Below, piece after piece: positions 18,951 to 28,702 of a DNA stretch of 64,000 bases. The notes below the pieces were generated by a model. The model saw only the letters and a list, made by a program, of their open reading frames with translations. It did not search any database and was not told where the DNA came from. Made by a program: the position numbers and the translations under genes. Position 1 is the stretch's first letter. Every line of letters begins with the position of its first letter. The stretch is from Candidatus Thorarchaeota archaeon (GTDB lineage Archaea > Asgardarchaeota > Thorarchaeia > Thorarchaeales > Thorarchaeaceae), in contig JBHLQM010000010.1 in NCBI GenBank assembly GCA_048884785.1, forward strand, positions 1-64,000, written 5' to 3'.

Positions 18951-20583
18951 CCTCCTCAACTTGCCTGTGCTTTGAGAGAGCTTCAGTGCTGGAGTGTGAT
19001 TCAGCAATGCTGGCTAGTACATCCAACGCAGTAGGTTCCACATCGCCCTTCCTGGAATCACCTCGAACGATCTCAGATAGCTCATCCAATTGATTGGCAA
19101 CTGAGATAGTGTCATCCTCAACGCCATCGTACTCTTCAGTTGGGCGGGTTTTCGCCTCTATCTCTGGGATTTCATCTAACACATGTTCTGCGTCAGCAGT
19201 CGAGATTTCTTGGACAAGCCAATCATCTTCCTCTGGATCGTTCTGGATTTCGCCGGCGGGATGCTCACTTATCTCTCTATCAAGAAATTTGAGGTTCTCC
19301 TTCATTGCTCTGGAATTCATCAGATCATCTATCCGATCCTTTACAGAAGGTCTTAGAATTCCTGAATTGTATAGGGTGTCTGTAAGCATAGTTGAGTGCT
19401 TCAGAATTTCATCTTCAGTTAATGGCGATAATATGTGATTGCTAAAAGCGACGTAAGAGATGGCTAGTTCAGATTCGTCCAATTCAGTTCCAAGTGAGTT
19501 GAAGAGTCCTGCAAATTTGGATAGACCATCATCACCCAAGGATTCCACTCTACTTGTAGAATGTCGAACGCATTCATCTAAAACAAGACACGCGGCACTC
19601 ACTGCGCTGTCATAATCGCCTACAGAAATTGAACCGGCAACAGATGCCATGAGAGGCGAAACTACAAAACTCAGATCCTGCTGTGTGCGTAGTTTTTCCT
19701 TGTTTATCTCAATGCTTTGGTTAATTCTATGCCCATCCCCGACTTTGTTAACCTTGATGGTTTCTGTTTGAATAATATCCAGGAATTCATCTAGCCTCCT
19801 CCGAGAACTAAAGAGCAACCATGCTCCAGCCGCAATTCCAAGTATGCTAGCTCCAATTGGCAATACCATGGAACCCTCACCTTGAAACAAAACACCAAGA
19901 ATAGAAACCGCTCCAATAATGGATAGCATGGTGGCAAGAATCCCAAACCACGCCTGTTTCATGCTCTCATCAAGAATATCCCATTTTTCACGTATGACAC
20001 GATTCTGCATCTCCGAGAGAGAAGCCCTCATATCACTGCGCCGTGCCAAGAGAAAATCATCAGCATTTAAAATCCGGCTTGATTCGGTTAGCCAAGTCAA
20101 ATCAACACCGGGGCGAGTTTCACTCACAATGACATAGACAGTTTTGGTTAGATGAATAAGAGAGCCCTTATGATTAGGTCCTGCTCGCAGCATTTGCAGA
20201 CTGATTCGTCCTTTGCTTGTGAGTTTAGTGACTTCTTTGACACTGTCATCCAAATGAACGTCTTTGAGAGCAGACACAATGGTGCGATTGAGAGTTTCTA
20301 GGACGGCTGCTTGCATAGCAATAGTTGCCTTGCCAAATGATGCTCGTCTCAGATCAAGTACATATGCCAAATCCAAATGTACTCCTCTTCTATCGGGGAT
20401 TCCCTCCGTTAGAACACCTAAGACAATGCCATTAGGATACGTTGAAATCCTATGACCAGTTGCACTTAGAGCCCTGACTATGTCGTAGTCTTCTGTACCG
20501 CCAATAGTGGCGGTGCCTTCTCTTTCCAAAGTGTCTTCGTTTTTCTCAACCGTGGAGGTTTCATCAGTTATTACCATCATCAT
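18934..20583 (-). CDS. Membrane protein with two central TM helices and acidic C-terminal tail
   Basis: Two TM segments (WFGILATML...; MVLPIGASIL...), helical C-terminal half; start overlaps the helicase stop. Confidence 0.7.
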   Translation of the reverse strand: MMMVITDETSTVEKNEDTLEREGTATIGGTEDYDIVRALSATGHRISTYPNGIVLGVLTEGIPDRRGVHLDLAYVLDLRRASFGKATIAMQAAVLETLNRTIVSALKDVHLDDSVKEVTKLTSKGRISLQMLRAGPNHKGSLIHLTKTVYVIVSETRPGVDLTWLTESSRILNADDFLLARRSDMRASLSEMQNRVIREKWDILDESMKQAWFGILATMLSIIGAVSILGVLFQGEGSMVLPIGASILGIAAGAWLLFSSRRRLDEFLDIIQTETIKVNKVGDGHRINQSIEINKEKLRTQQDLSFVVSPLMASVAGSISVGDYDSAVSAACLVLDECVRHSTSRVESLGDDGLSKFAGLFNSLGTELDESELAISYVAFSNHILSPLTEDEILKHSTMLTDTLYNSGILRPSVKDRIDDLMNSRAMKENLKFLDREISEHPAGEIQNDPEEDDWLVQEISTADAEHVLDEIPEIEAKTRPTEEYDGVEDDTISVANQLDELSEIVRGDSRKGDVEPTALDVLASIAESHSSTEALSKHRQVEEDATSD

Positions 20584-22759
20584 CACCTGCAAAACGTGTA
20601 TCTAATTCCTCCCAGAGGGATTGCGCCTGGCCAGCCACAAAAGACAGGTTTCCCTCTCTGGCAATTGCAGCAATTGCACTCAACAGCCAACGGGCCTTCT
20701 CCAATAGAGATAGCAGATCTCCTATGGGGAGTCCGAGCTGCTCCGCCATATCCTGTGTATGTATTCGTGTTGTGGCTGCCATTGCAACCATAAAGTCGAA
20801 TTGCTCATCTAAGGCCAAGTTGCCTTCTATCGACACAAGATGCCTTAGCAGAGAGAGTAATGTAGTTGTATCATCAACAAAAGGAATCATTGCAAGTAGC
20901 TCCCTTGCTGTTCGAATGCGAAGGTATAGCCTGCTTACTAATCGCCCCAACCGGGTGACACGAACCTTGCCACCATCTGCCCCTTCAATGAATGCAAGTC
21001 GCCTAAGAACCCCTGACGGACTTGACTCGCTGAGTGACAGTGGTATGACATGATCTGCGTAGATCTTATGCTCAGTAATTGCGGCTATCCCAAGGATGAC
21101 TAAGTGCGAACACAAGACCCCATTTTCATCAAGAGGTCTTCCGCAGGAGCACATTGGACCCTCAATAGCACCGCTTCTCTGGCTCCTCGAGGAAAAGCGG
21201 CAAGTAGCATTATCCCCACCCTTTTGGGTCACAATGCCTCCTATTACAGAATCGTGTGCCTCTCTGATACGAACTGTTCCAAGGACGCCTGCTCTAGCGG
21301 CTCTTAGTGAATCTGATAATGAATGCTTCTCAAGTACTGAAATTGCATCTATGTCCCCGAGATGAACGAGTCTCATCGGTGATCCTGAATTTCTAACTGC
21401 CTGGTGAATAAGAAAGGTATCAGCCAGAAATCCATCTTCAATATCCTGAAGACTTGCTTCACCAAGTAAATCTAGAGCAACTAGGAGCTGTTCCTGCACA
21501 GATTCGGAATCCGAAAGAGCACTCCTTAGGATTTCGTACCTCGGTTCAAGAATCTCCCGACCTGTTGACTCATCATGGTGTGTATAGAAGCATCTTTGTT
21601 TTATCTCGATTGCCTGCCCTTTATTATCTGCTACAATGATTCCAAATCCCTTTGCATCAAGTCCAGGTCGACCTGCTCGCCCCAACATTTGATGTATTTG
21701 ATTTGATGATAGAAGTTCCTTATAATCTACAGGAGATCTAGGGTTCGCAATGATAACACTTCGAGCTGGGAGGTTCATCCCTGATGAAAGCGTAGTTGTT
21801 GCACATATCACTCTAATTTGCCCCTGTCTGAAAAGCCCTTCAATCAACCGTCTGGCAGATATTCCAAGACCTGCATGGTGGTATGCAATTCCTTCGTGAA
21901 GTACCTCTCTCAAATCCTTGGGGAGCGCAACCCCCCAATGTTCCACTGATGATAACTCAGATTGAAGGAATGCCCTCTCATTTGAAGTCAGTTGCTTTCC
22001 GACATGCGGAGCCAGCCTTTTTGCTTCAGCTTCTGCCTCTCTTCTAGTTCTCTGAAATACAATGACTTGTCCATTTTTCTGCACTGTAGTCATGGTATAG
22101 AGCTGCACTGCCTCATCGCGATGAACCTTGGGAACAACTGAGCAGATCAGAGGTATCGGTCTCTCAGAAGATTCTATTAGTTCGCAACCTAGCCATTCAC
22201 TTAGCTGTTCAGGCATTCCGATTGTAGCTGAAAGAGCAACAATCTGCAAATTTTCAACAATCTTGCGAAGACGTATAATGACTGATTCAAGTCGCGCACC
22301 CCTGACGGGTTCTGAGATGGACTGCACCTCATCTATTACAATGGTTCCAATCTCTTCAATCCATTTTACTCGGTGACGAAGAAGAGAGTCTGTCCTTTCA
22401 TAGGTAGTAACGAGTATATCATATTCAGAGAGGTCTTCACTTTCCGAAAAACAGTCACCAGTACTCAGTCCTACTCGAATATTCTTTGGCTCATACCTGC
22501 TCTTTAGGACTTCATAGATTTGACTGGCTAAGGCACGTAATGGGACAATGTATAGCCCTCTCTTTCCTGCAGAGATTGACCTTAGAAGGGCCATCTCTCC
22601 GATGAGTGTTTTTCCGGAACCTGTTGGGCTGGAGATAAGAATACTCTGCCCCTCCAGGAGACCTTTGTCCACAGCGTCTCTTTGAATACCTCTGGGTTGC
22701 AATCCAATGTGATCAAGAATCTTATGCACCCGAGCAGAAATATCCATATAGCTTGTCAT
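20564..22759 (-). CDS. Ski2-like/Hel308-type SF2 helicase with inserted SWIM zinc finger
   Basis: SPTGSGKT, VPLRALA, DEVQ, SAT, HHAGL, GMNLPA, QMLGRAGR; CSC-x10-CSH SWIM motif precedes TRLGRLVSRLYL. Confidence 0.88.
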   Translation of the reverse strand: MTSYMDISARVHKILDHIGLQPRGIQRDAVDKGLLEGQSILISSPTGSGKTLIGEMALLRSISAGKRGLYIVPLRALASQIYEVLKSRYEPKNIRVGLSTGDCFSESEDLSEYDILVTTYERTDSLLRHRVKWIEEIGTIVIDEVQSISEPVRGARLESVIIRLRKIVENLQIVALSATIGMPEQLSEWLGCELIESSERPIPLICSVVPKVHRDEAVQLYTMTTVQKNGQVIVFQRTRREAEAEAKRLAPHVGKQLTSNERAFLQSELSSVEHWGVALPKDLREVLHEGIAYHHAGLGISARRLIEGLFRQGQIRVICATTTLSSGMNLPARSVIIANPRSPVDYKELLSSNQIHQMLGRAGRPGLDAKGFGIIVADNKGQAIEIKQRCFYTHHDESTGREILEPRYEILRSALSDSESVQEQLLVALDLLGEASLQDIEDGFLADTFLIHQAVRNSGSPMRLVHLGDIDAISVLEKHSLSDSLRAARAGVLGTVRIREAHDSVIGGIVTQKGGDNATCRFSSRSQRSGAIEGPMCSCGRPLDENGVLCSHLVILGIAAITEHKIYADHVIPLSLSESSPSGVLRRLAFIEGADGGKVRVTRLGRLVSRLYLRIRTARELLAMIPFVDDTTTLLSLLRHLVSIEGNLALDEQFDFMVAMAATTRIHTQDMAEQLGLPIGDLLSLLEKARWLLSAIAAIAREGNLSFVAGQAQSLWEELDTRFAGDDDGNN

Positions 22760-25071
22760 TTTCCTGCACTCACCTCTCGATCTTTCTGTCTGAGAGCCAT
22801 AGTACCTTTCATGGTTAGGCGGTAATTCTTGTATGAAACACCACTATGTTGTTCGTGACCTTCAAGTATGAAACTAGCGTCCTTCAGACGGATTAGAATA
22901 CCTTCAACATCACCTTCTCCGCCACTAGCCGATATGAATCGTCTGACAGCTTCCTCTGTCAATGGCTCATACCTCTCTAGAAGTCTGAGAACTCTTAGGT
23001 TCAAATCAGAGGCTTCAGTACCATCATTGGTTGAAGGTATAGCCTGTTCCTTTTGAGAAGAAATACGAGAAATTCGCGACCTGCTCTCTTCAGGAGATAT
23101 TGGTCTTAGCTCTGGTACATCCGCCAATCGGAATGGTTGAGCAGTTTCCAGTTCATTATGAACAAGCAATGCAACGCCATCCTCCATTGTCCGAAGAAAA
23201 GAGGATTCTCGGGCCGACCATCGCGCTTTGCTATGTAATCCAGTACCTATTACGCTCAGAGCAAGTCGTGATGATACTACGGCGATATCTTTCTCATCCC
23301 TCAGTCTGAATGATATGCAGGAGCTCAATAGATTCTTGACTCCTGATGATAGCATATGAGGCTGGTCGATGCTTATAATAACGGAACTCACTTTGGAGAG
23401 ATTGCGAATAAGAGAATCAGTCCAAAGTGCCCTGCGTGAATACTCTGTATTTGATGTTCTAAGATTATCAGGATCATCAATGATAATTACTAAATCCCTG
23501 TCAGGTTTGCGTCCGGCTAGTTTCATGAGCATAAGATCAAAGGCAAAGAAGTCAAGCGGTGCAGAACCCAAGGACATAGAAACCACGCAAATTGGTATCG
23601 ACCCCAATTTTTCGACTGAAACGGTTTGGGTTCCATAGAAAGCTCTTGCTCCAGATCCTTGGTGTAATCTCCTTAGAGCTTCAATACCAAGTAGTGATGC
23701 CTTGCTCGTGGAATTTAATTGAACAGCTGAGTCCGTCGCCTGGAGATCGGCATCATTCTCAATCCTCACATCTGCAACTGTTCGGTTTCCCAACGCAACG
23801 GCTCTTCCTAGGGCGAGTTCAAAGTCGGCTGCACTCGTGAGCGATGCGCCACTCAGACTTTCCAACGCTCTCATTAGCTGTGGAACAAATTCAGTTCGCG
23901 GGACATTATCGGAGTCGACAGGATTCAGAACCAGGTCCTTGCCCAAAGTCATTCCTATTGCGCCATCATGAAGACTTGCTAATTGAAGTGCATCATGGTG
24001 TGAGCTGAGTACAAGAACGCGCTTTCCTGAACTAAGTAGTCGTGCTGAAAGAAGCGATAGCAAATCCAGTCGATTTTGCCAACTTCCCCCGCAAACAAGA
24101 ACACCATCAGATATATCTTGAAACGATAGTCCGGTAATTGGGCCTTCTTGGAGGGTGTCAGGATTCAAGACCTTTCCGAGAGGTAGGTCACTTTCTCTGG
24201 TTCGGATGTTTATTACGAATTGCCCAGGGACATTAGTTCCAACCTCTGACGACAATTCAGACCTTAATTGAACTAGCCATTCGGATAGCTCAACTCCGGT
24301 AGCGAAGTACAATGGCAAACCGTGTCCGCCTTTCATGCTAGCGAGCTTCTCATGCAAACGAGCTGCGTCGATGCGCTTCCATCCTTTTGCAGGAATCGCT
24401 CCACGGACTGCAGATTCATGAAAGCGAACATCATTGGCATCTCTTACTAATCCAATAATAGAAACATTAACGCCCCATAGACCGGAGCGATACTCCATAT
24501 AGGTATGCAACTCGTCTCCGGAAAGTCCTTTGAGATATGTTTCAATCGAGGATGCAAGGTTGCGATTCTCTAAAATCCTTCCCGGATTCATTGATTCCAT
24601 CGATACTGTGAGAGTGAAACCATCAGAAGTTGGCAGAGCTCTGACAAGAGAAGCAATAGTACCTTGAAGCTTTGCTCCTGCGCTCCTCAATTCTAGCCCT
24701 GTAGCAGAATACGGAATTTCACCAAGTCGTCGCAAATGACTATTGTCTCCAACGAGCGAAGGAAAGATGTAGAGCTGTTCCTTCCATGCACTCTGTGGAT
24801 TGACATATTCGTGATTTGATAGATATCTTGGAATAAGCCAAAGCATTACAGACAGGAGAATGGTCAAAGCAATTACAGCGATAGGAAATGAAAGGACTGC
24901 AATGAAAGAGAGAATAACTATGGCAATAGACGATGTCCACGAATCTCGAATCTCTCTACTTGTCCATCGAACTTCACTGCTACTCGCTGGCTTTAAAGTG
25001 GATTCCTTCATCTCAGAGAGTGGATCTTGAGGAGGCTGGGAGCCCATTACAAACCCTTTACCCTTAGCCAA
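22756..25071 (-). CDS. Membrane-anchored HerA/FtsK/VirB4-like protein with degenerate ATPase motifs and C-terminal winged helix
   Basis: N-terminal TMs; VLVCGGSWQNR (Walker A site), GKRVLVL, LGKDLVLNP, LVIIIDDPDNL (Walker B site), DQPHMLS...SFRL, LRTMEDGVALL, YRLTMKG. ORF extends to 25158; likely start TTG 25071 or ATG 25047. Confidence 0.65.
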   Translation of the reverse strand: MAKGKGFVMGSQPPQDPLSEMKESTLKPASSSEVRWTSREIRDSWTSSIAIVILSFIAVLSFPIAVIALTILLSVMLWLIPRYLSNHEYVNPQSAWKEQLYIFPSLVGDNSHLRRLGEIPYSATGLELRSAGAKLQGTIASLVRALPTSDGFTLTVSMESMNPGRILENRNLASSIETYLKGLSGDELHTYMEYRSGLWGVNVSIIGLVRDANDVRFHESAVRGAIPAKGWKRIDAARLHEKLASMKGGHGLPLYFATGVELSEWLVQLRSELSSEVGTNVPGQFVINIRTRESDLPLGKVLNPDTLQEGPITGLSFQDISDGVLVCGGSWQNRLDLLSLLSARLLSSGKRVLVLSSHHDALQLASLHDGAIGMTLGKDLVLNPVDSDNVPRTEFVPQLMRALESLSGASLTSAADFELALGRAVALGNRTVADVRIENDADLQATDSAVQLNSTSKASLLGIEALRRLHQGSGARAFYGTQTVSVEKLGSIPICVVSMSLGSAPLDFFAFDLMLMKLAGRKPDRDLVIIIDDPDNLRTSNTEYSRRALWTDSLIRNLSKVSSVIISIDQPHMLSSGVKNLLSSCISFRLRDEKDIAVVSSRLALSVIGTGLHSKARWSARESSFLRTMEDGVALLVHNELETAQPFRLADVPELRPISPEESRSRISRISSQKEQAIPSTNDGTEASDLNLRVLRLLERYEPLTEEAVRRFISASGGEGDVEGILIRLKDASFILEGHEQHSGVSYKNYRLTMKGTMALRQKDREVSAGK

Positions 25072-25351
25072 TGGAACCACCTTCTGCAATCTGATAATGC
25101 TGGGAGAGAGCCTGAAGCATTCTTCGGAATCTTTCAGAGTACTCTTCCTTGCCTTCAAAGAGGAGCATTCGACCTATGATAAGCACTTCAGGGAGATCTC
25201 CTGGAGGTGGATTTCCATGAGCCCATAGTTTTGGATACTCGGTCAATCGAGTCCAAACATATCCATGACCAATCTCGAGGTTGTTCATTAGTTCCTCTAT
25301 CTTCAGATTCCCAGGAATTGCGAGCATGGAAGTGCCACTAAGCCTTTGCAT
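25064..25351 (-). CDS. Hypothetical protein (95 aa), operon member
   Basis: Coupled to both neighbours with RBS-like GAGGT/GGTGG. Confidence 0.6.
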   Translation of the reverse strand: MQRLSGTSMLAIPGNLKIEELMNNLEIGHGYVWTRLTEYPKLWAHGNPPPGDLPEVLIIGRMLLFEGKEEYSERFRRMLQALSQHYQIAEGGSIG

Positions 25352-25937
25352 CGACCTCTATACCTCCTCTTCGAATAAGCTGAATATCAGGAACATCGGC
25401 TGTAGAAATGGGAGTGTGGGGATAGGCGGCCCGCATTGCACTCTCAAGGACGAACGCATCCTCAAGCACTTTGTCAGCCAAATCCTCAACTCTGTGAATC
25501 CCATTTGGTAGTCGAAGACTACGCCTTGATACAATGAATCCAACTCTAGTGACTGAGTTGCCCAAAGGTCTGCATAGCACAAATTCAAGCCTCCCTCCTG
25601 GTTCATTATCGTACCTGGTTGCCATTGCTGAGAACACCTTTTTCGCGGAGTGGCTCAGGTCGATTCCCAGGGGAACACTTCGAATAAGACGCAATGAACA
25701 AACCTCAACATTCCATCCTCTGATAATTCCCAAAACGCCCCGATTCCCATCCCAAAGAAGATTTGGAGTTTTGTCAATTCTTCTTACACTGAATAGCAGC
25801 AATAGAAGAGAAAGCATGCCGGCAATCGCAATTATGAGGTGATTCATATTCTGCTGAATTGATAGGCTCATGCCCCACGCAGCAGCGATAGCAGCCACCA
25901 AAATCCAATGCACGGATGAGGACTCCTTGGAAATCAT
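25338..25937 (-). CDS. Membrane protein (2 N-terminal TMs plus alpha/beta domain)
   Basis: Two hydrophobic helices; ATGA overlap with the upstream gene. Confidence 0.7.
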   Translation of the reverse strand: MISKESSSVHWILVAAIAAAWGMSLSIQQNMNHLIIAIAGMLSLLLLLFSVRRIDKTPNLLWDGNRGVLGIIRGWNVEVCSLRLIRSVPLGIDLSHSAKKVFSAMATRYDNEPGGRLEFVLCRPLGNSVTRVGFIVSRRSLRLPNGIHRVEDLADKVLEDAFVLESAMRAAYPHTPISTADVPDIQLIRRGGIEVDAKA

Positions 25938-26128
25938 ACGACCTCCCTCTCAAGAATACTTAGACATGGAGAGATATCTTCAACAGGCTCCGCATCGATG
26001 GCACACCAAACCGTAAATAGCATCCAAGAAATTGCTGAAACACCCAAAGCTGTTGCAGAAACTAGTAAACCAATTCCAACCGCGAGCCATGCTAGCATTG
26101 CAGCGAGAAATAGAGCTACAGTTTTCAT
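25934..26128 (-). CDS. Small 2-TM hydrophobic protein (64 aa)
   Basis: First 45 aa almost entirely hydrophobic; coupled by ATGA overlap. Confidence 0.6.
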   Translation of the reverse strand: MKTVALFLAAMLAWLAVGIGLLVSATALGVSAISWMLFTVWCAIDAEPVEDISPCLSILEREVV

Positions 26129-26135
26129 ATTCAGT

Positions 26136-28100
26136 TTAACCCACTCTCCTTAAATCAAGAAACATTGTGATTGCCTTCTTCATTTCCTCAACACTATGAT
26201 ATGGCCAAAGATCAGAAACGATGTCATCTCCAAAGATTGAGATATGTCGTTCAAATCTATGGTCAAGAAGTACGACCACTCCCCAGTCTTCTGGAGACCT
26301 TCGTAGGCGCCCAACAAGTTGAACCACTTTGCGGACAGAAGGAATAACTGAGGAATAATAATATCCAGAGCCTTCTCCAAAACGTCGCTCATACCAGTCC
26401 TGCAATGCCCTTTGATAGCTGGTAGGCGGACTGAATGGTATCCCCACTCCGATAATCAGATCTACAAGCGACTGACCATCAATGACCAAGTCTACTCCCT
26501 CACTGAATTTTCCGCCATAGACGAGGAATACAGCCTTTGGACCTTGGTGCACTTGGTCCTGCAAATCTTCTATCCTTGCATCTCGATTCTCGACGATTCT
26601 ATCTCTATATCCACAATCAATATTGTAGCTTAGAACCTGGTCCATCACATCATAACTTGGAAAAGCCACGAGAGCCGATTTCTCTGCAGGCATCGTGACA
26701 AGAGCAGCTTCAATGCGCTTGCTCAGGCCGCGCCATAGCTCAGGTCCTCTTACTGAATACTTCGTAGAAACTTCACGATCCAAAAGAACAAGTCGTGAGT
26801 TCCTTGGATATGGACTTCCCAAATCTTCTGTCAATGAGCCTCTGATACCCATAAGACTCGCATAGAGATTTGTAGGCCTGAACGTGCCAGACATAAGCAA
26901 AGCAGCTCTTGCACTGCGGAGGATTGGGGCAATCAGGCCTGCAGCATTTAAGGGGCGTATTCGGAGAATGCCATCGACCAAACGAACTTCACTTGCCCAA
27001 GAGGGATTGAGCTCAGCTGTGACATGCCAATCATCACTATCAGATGCTCGGAGTCCGGCGAATAGAAAATCAACCAATCTATCCAAAGGTGTTTCCGTTG
27101 GAACAGATTCATCACCATCAAGGATTCGTGTCTGGTCCATAAGAACGTGAATGAGTTCAGGATCTACAAACCTAGGAAGGATTTGCCATCGGTCAATCTC
27201 GAGTTCACCCTTTTTCCTTCCAATTTTGTCAAGCGAAACCATCAAGGATTCCCAGAGGAAATCTATCACTTCGGAAATCCAGGATACCCCTGTTTCCTTC
27301 TTGACAGATGCCTTATTGTCCCTGAGCCACTGCAAATCCTCCCCGCTGAGACTAGCCGCCTCGGAAGAAAGAACATGTTCTGGAAGATTGTGCGCCTCAT
27401 CAACCAGTAGATCTGCATCCAAGAGACTATAACTCAAACTGGACAGAAGGGCGTTTCGAACACGTTCCTTGAAGAAGTAGGAATAAGGTCCAATTATGAC
27501 TCTGCTTTGTCTTGCTGACCATCTGAGAACTTCGTAGGGGCAAACACCTGACTCCTCAGCACTATGCTCAGCTGTTTCTCGAGCAACAACACCAGAAGAA
27601 AGCAATTCATTAACTAGTGATCTGGCGGGCTCACGTATCACTGGTGTCCCTTCATCTCCTTGACGTCTGTAGAATTGCCAATAGTGAGTGCACCGCCCAG
27701 TTCTGATCATCATGGCGCAACCGCGCATGAAACCCATTGCTGAATCAGTATCCATCTCGTGACGTATAGGGCAGATGTGCTTTCTAGAAACCATACTTGT
27801 AGTCGTGATTTGGTTTCCATGCCCAAGCGCATTTCTACGAAGTAGTTCAAGTTCTTCTTCAAAAACTCTTGACTGTGAGTGAGTTCTGGTAAGAATAAAC
27901 AGTCTCGAAGTAGAATCATCCGCTCTTACCGCCAAATATCCTGCTAGAGAGGCAATTGTTTTGCCGACACCGCATTCAGCAGATAGCATACCCACTATTC
28001 CCCGCGCATATGTTTCAGCGGCTATTGTTACGGCCCTATCCTGTTGTGGACGTGGCGTGTAGGGGAACCATGCAAGTGGATTCGCTATGCTTTCTCCCAA
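26136..28100 (-). CDS. XPD/Rad3/DinG-family 4Fe-4S SF2 DNA helicase
   Basis: FPYTPRPQQ Q-motif, AECGVGKT, TRTHSQ, four FeS Cys (HICP, GC, RC, CPYE), DEAHNL, SGT, GGKFSEGVD, QLVGRLRR. Confidence 0.92.
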   Translation of the reverse strand: MGESIANPLAWFPYTPRPQQDRAVTIAAETYARGIVGMLSAECGVGKTIASLAGYLAVRADDSTSRLFILTRTHSQSRVFEEELELLRRNALGHGNQITTTSMVSRKHICPIRHEMDTDSAMGFMRGCAMMIRTGRCTHYWQFYRRQGDEGTPVIREPARSLVNELLSSGVVARETAEHSAEESGVCPYEVLRWSARQSRVIIGPYSYFFKERVRNALLSSLSYSLLDADLLVDEAHNLPEHVLSSEAASLSGEDLQWLRDNKASVKKETGVSWISEVIDFLWESLMVSLDKIGRKKGELEIDRWQILPRFVDPELIHVLMDQTRILDGDESVPTETPLDRLVDFLFAGLRASDSDDWHVTAELNPSWASEVRLVDGILRIRPLNAAGLIAPILRSARAALLMSGTFRPTNLYASLMGIRGSLTEDLGSPYPRNSRLVLLDREVSTKYSVRGPELWRGLSKRIEAALVTMPAEKSALVAFPSYDVMDQVLSYNIDCGYRDRIVENRDARIEDLQDQVHQGPKAVFLVYGGKFSEGVDLVIDGQSLVDLIIGVGIPFSPPTSYQRALQDWYERRFGEGSGYYYSSVIPSVRKVVQLVGRLRRSPEDWGVVVLLDHRFERHISIFGDDIVSDLWPYHSVEEMKKAITMFLDLRRVG

Positions 28101-28702
28101 TTCGTTTCCTCCACCTGCAACATCGACTCTGCTGTGTGTATTCTAAATCTGATTGAGAAGTACCGATACATTAGGTCATGGAATCTCTGCACATTAGCTG
28201 AGGAGTCAAAGCCCTTTGTGTTCGAAGCCATTCTCTCGACAATCTCGGGACTGAATCCACGTTTCATAGCTATTGACCAAAAAGTCGCTTCGACCTCTTT
28301 TGCGGTACTCAACACAAAATCGCAGATGTTCTCCACCAATTCTCGTAGAAATCTGACAGCCTCTCGCGGCAACGCTGGTATCTGGGAGGCATAAGTCGAT
28401 GTAGGGACATAGAGTTGAAGACCTTCATCGCTATCCAAGTATACCTTACTTGGAACACCTCGCGTACCTCTCATGGTCTCCAGGAAAGATAGTATCCTTG
28501 GGAGCTGTGGGAGTATCGGTTTCTCCAAATCCCTCCAGTCTATTGACATGAGTACGAATAGTTCAGGATCTGGTTCTATTTCTGCCATCCTTATTACAGT
28601 GATTCGAGTTGGGGTATGACGCATGATTAGATTCACGAGTGCAATTGAATTCCGATTTGGCACGCCATGAGGAATTTGCATATGCGAGGCACTTGTTGTC
28701 AT
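28085..28702 (-). CDS. Hypothetical protein, operon member
   Basis: 205-aa ORF overlapping both neighbours. Confidence 0.7.
   Translation of the reverse strand: MTTSASHMQIPHGVPNRNSIALVNLIMRHTPTRITVIRMAEIEPDPELFVLMSIDWRDLEKPILPQLPRILSFLETMRGTRGVPSKVYLDSDEGLQLYVPTSTYASQIPALPREAVRFLRELVENICDFVLSTAKEVEATFWSIAMKRGFSPEIVERMASNTKGFDSSANVQRFHDLMYRYFSIRFRIHTAESMLQVEETNWEKA

Noticed and set aside
26136-28100. XPD-like helicase as a type IV CRISPR CasDinG
   Set aside because: No CRISPR array or csf/cas genes; the sequence is XPD/Rad3-like with a standard FeS cluster.
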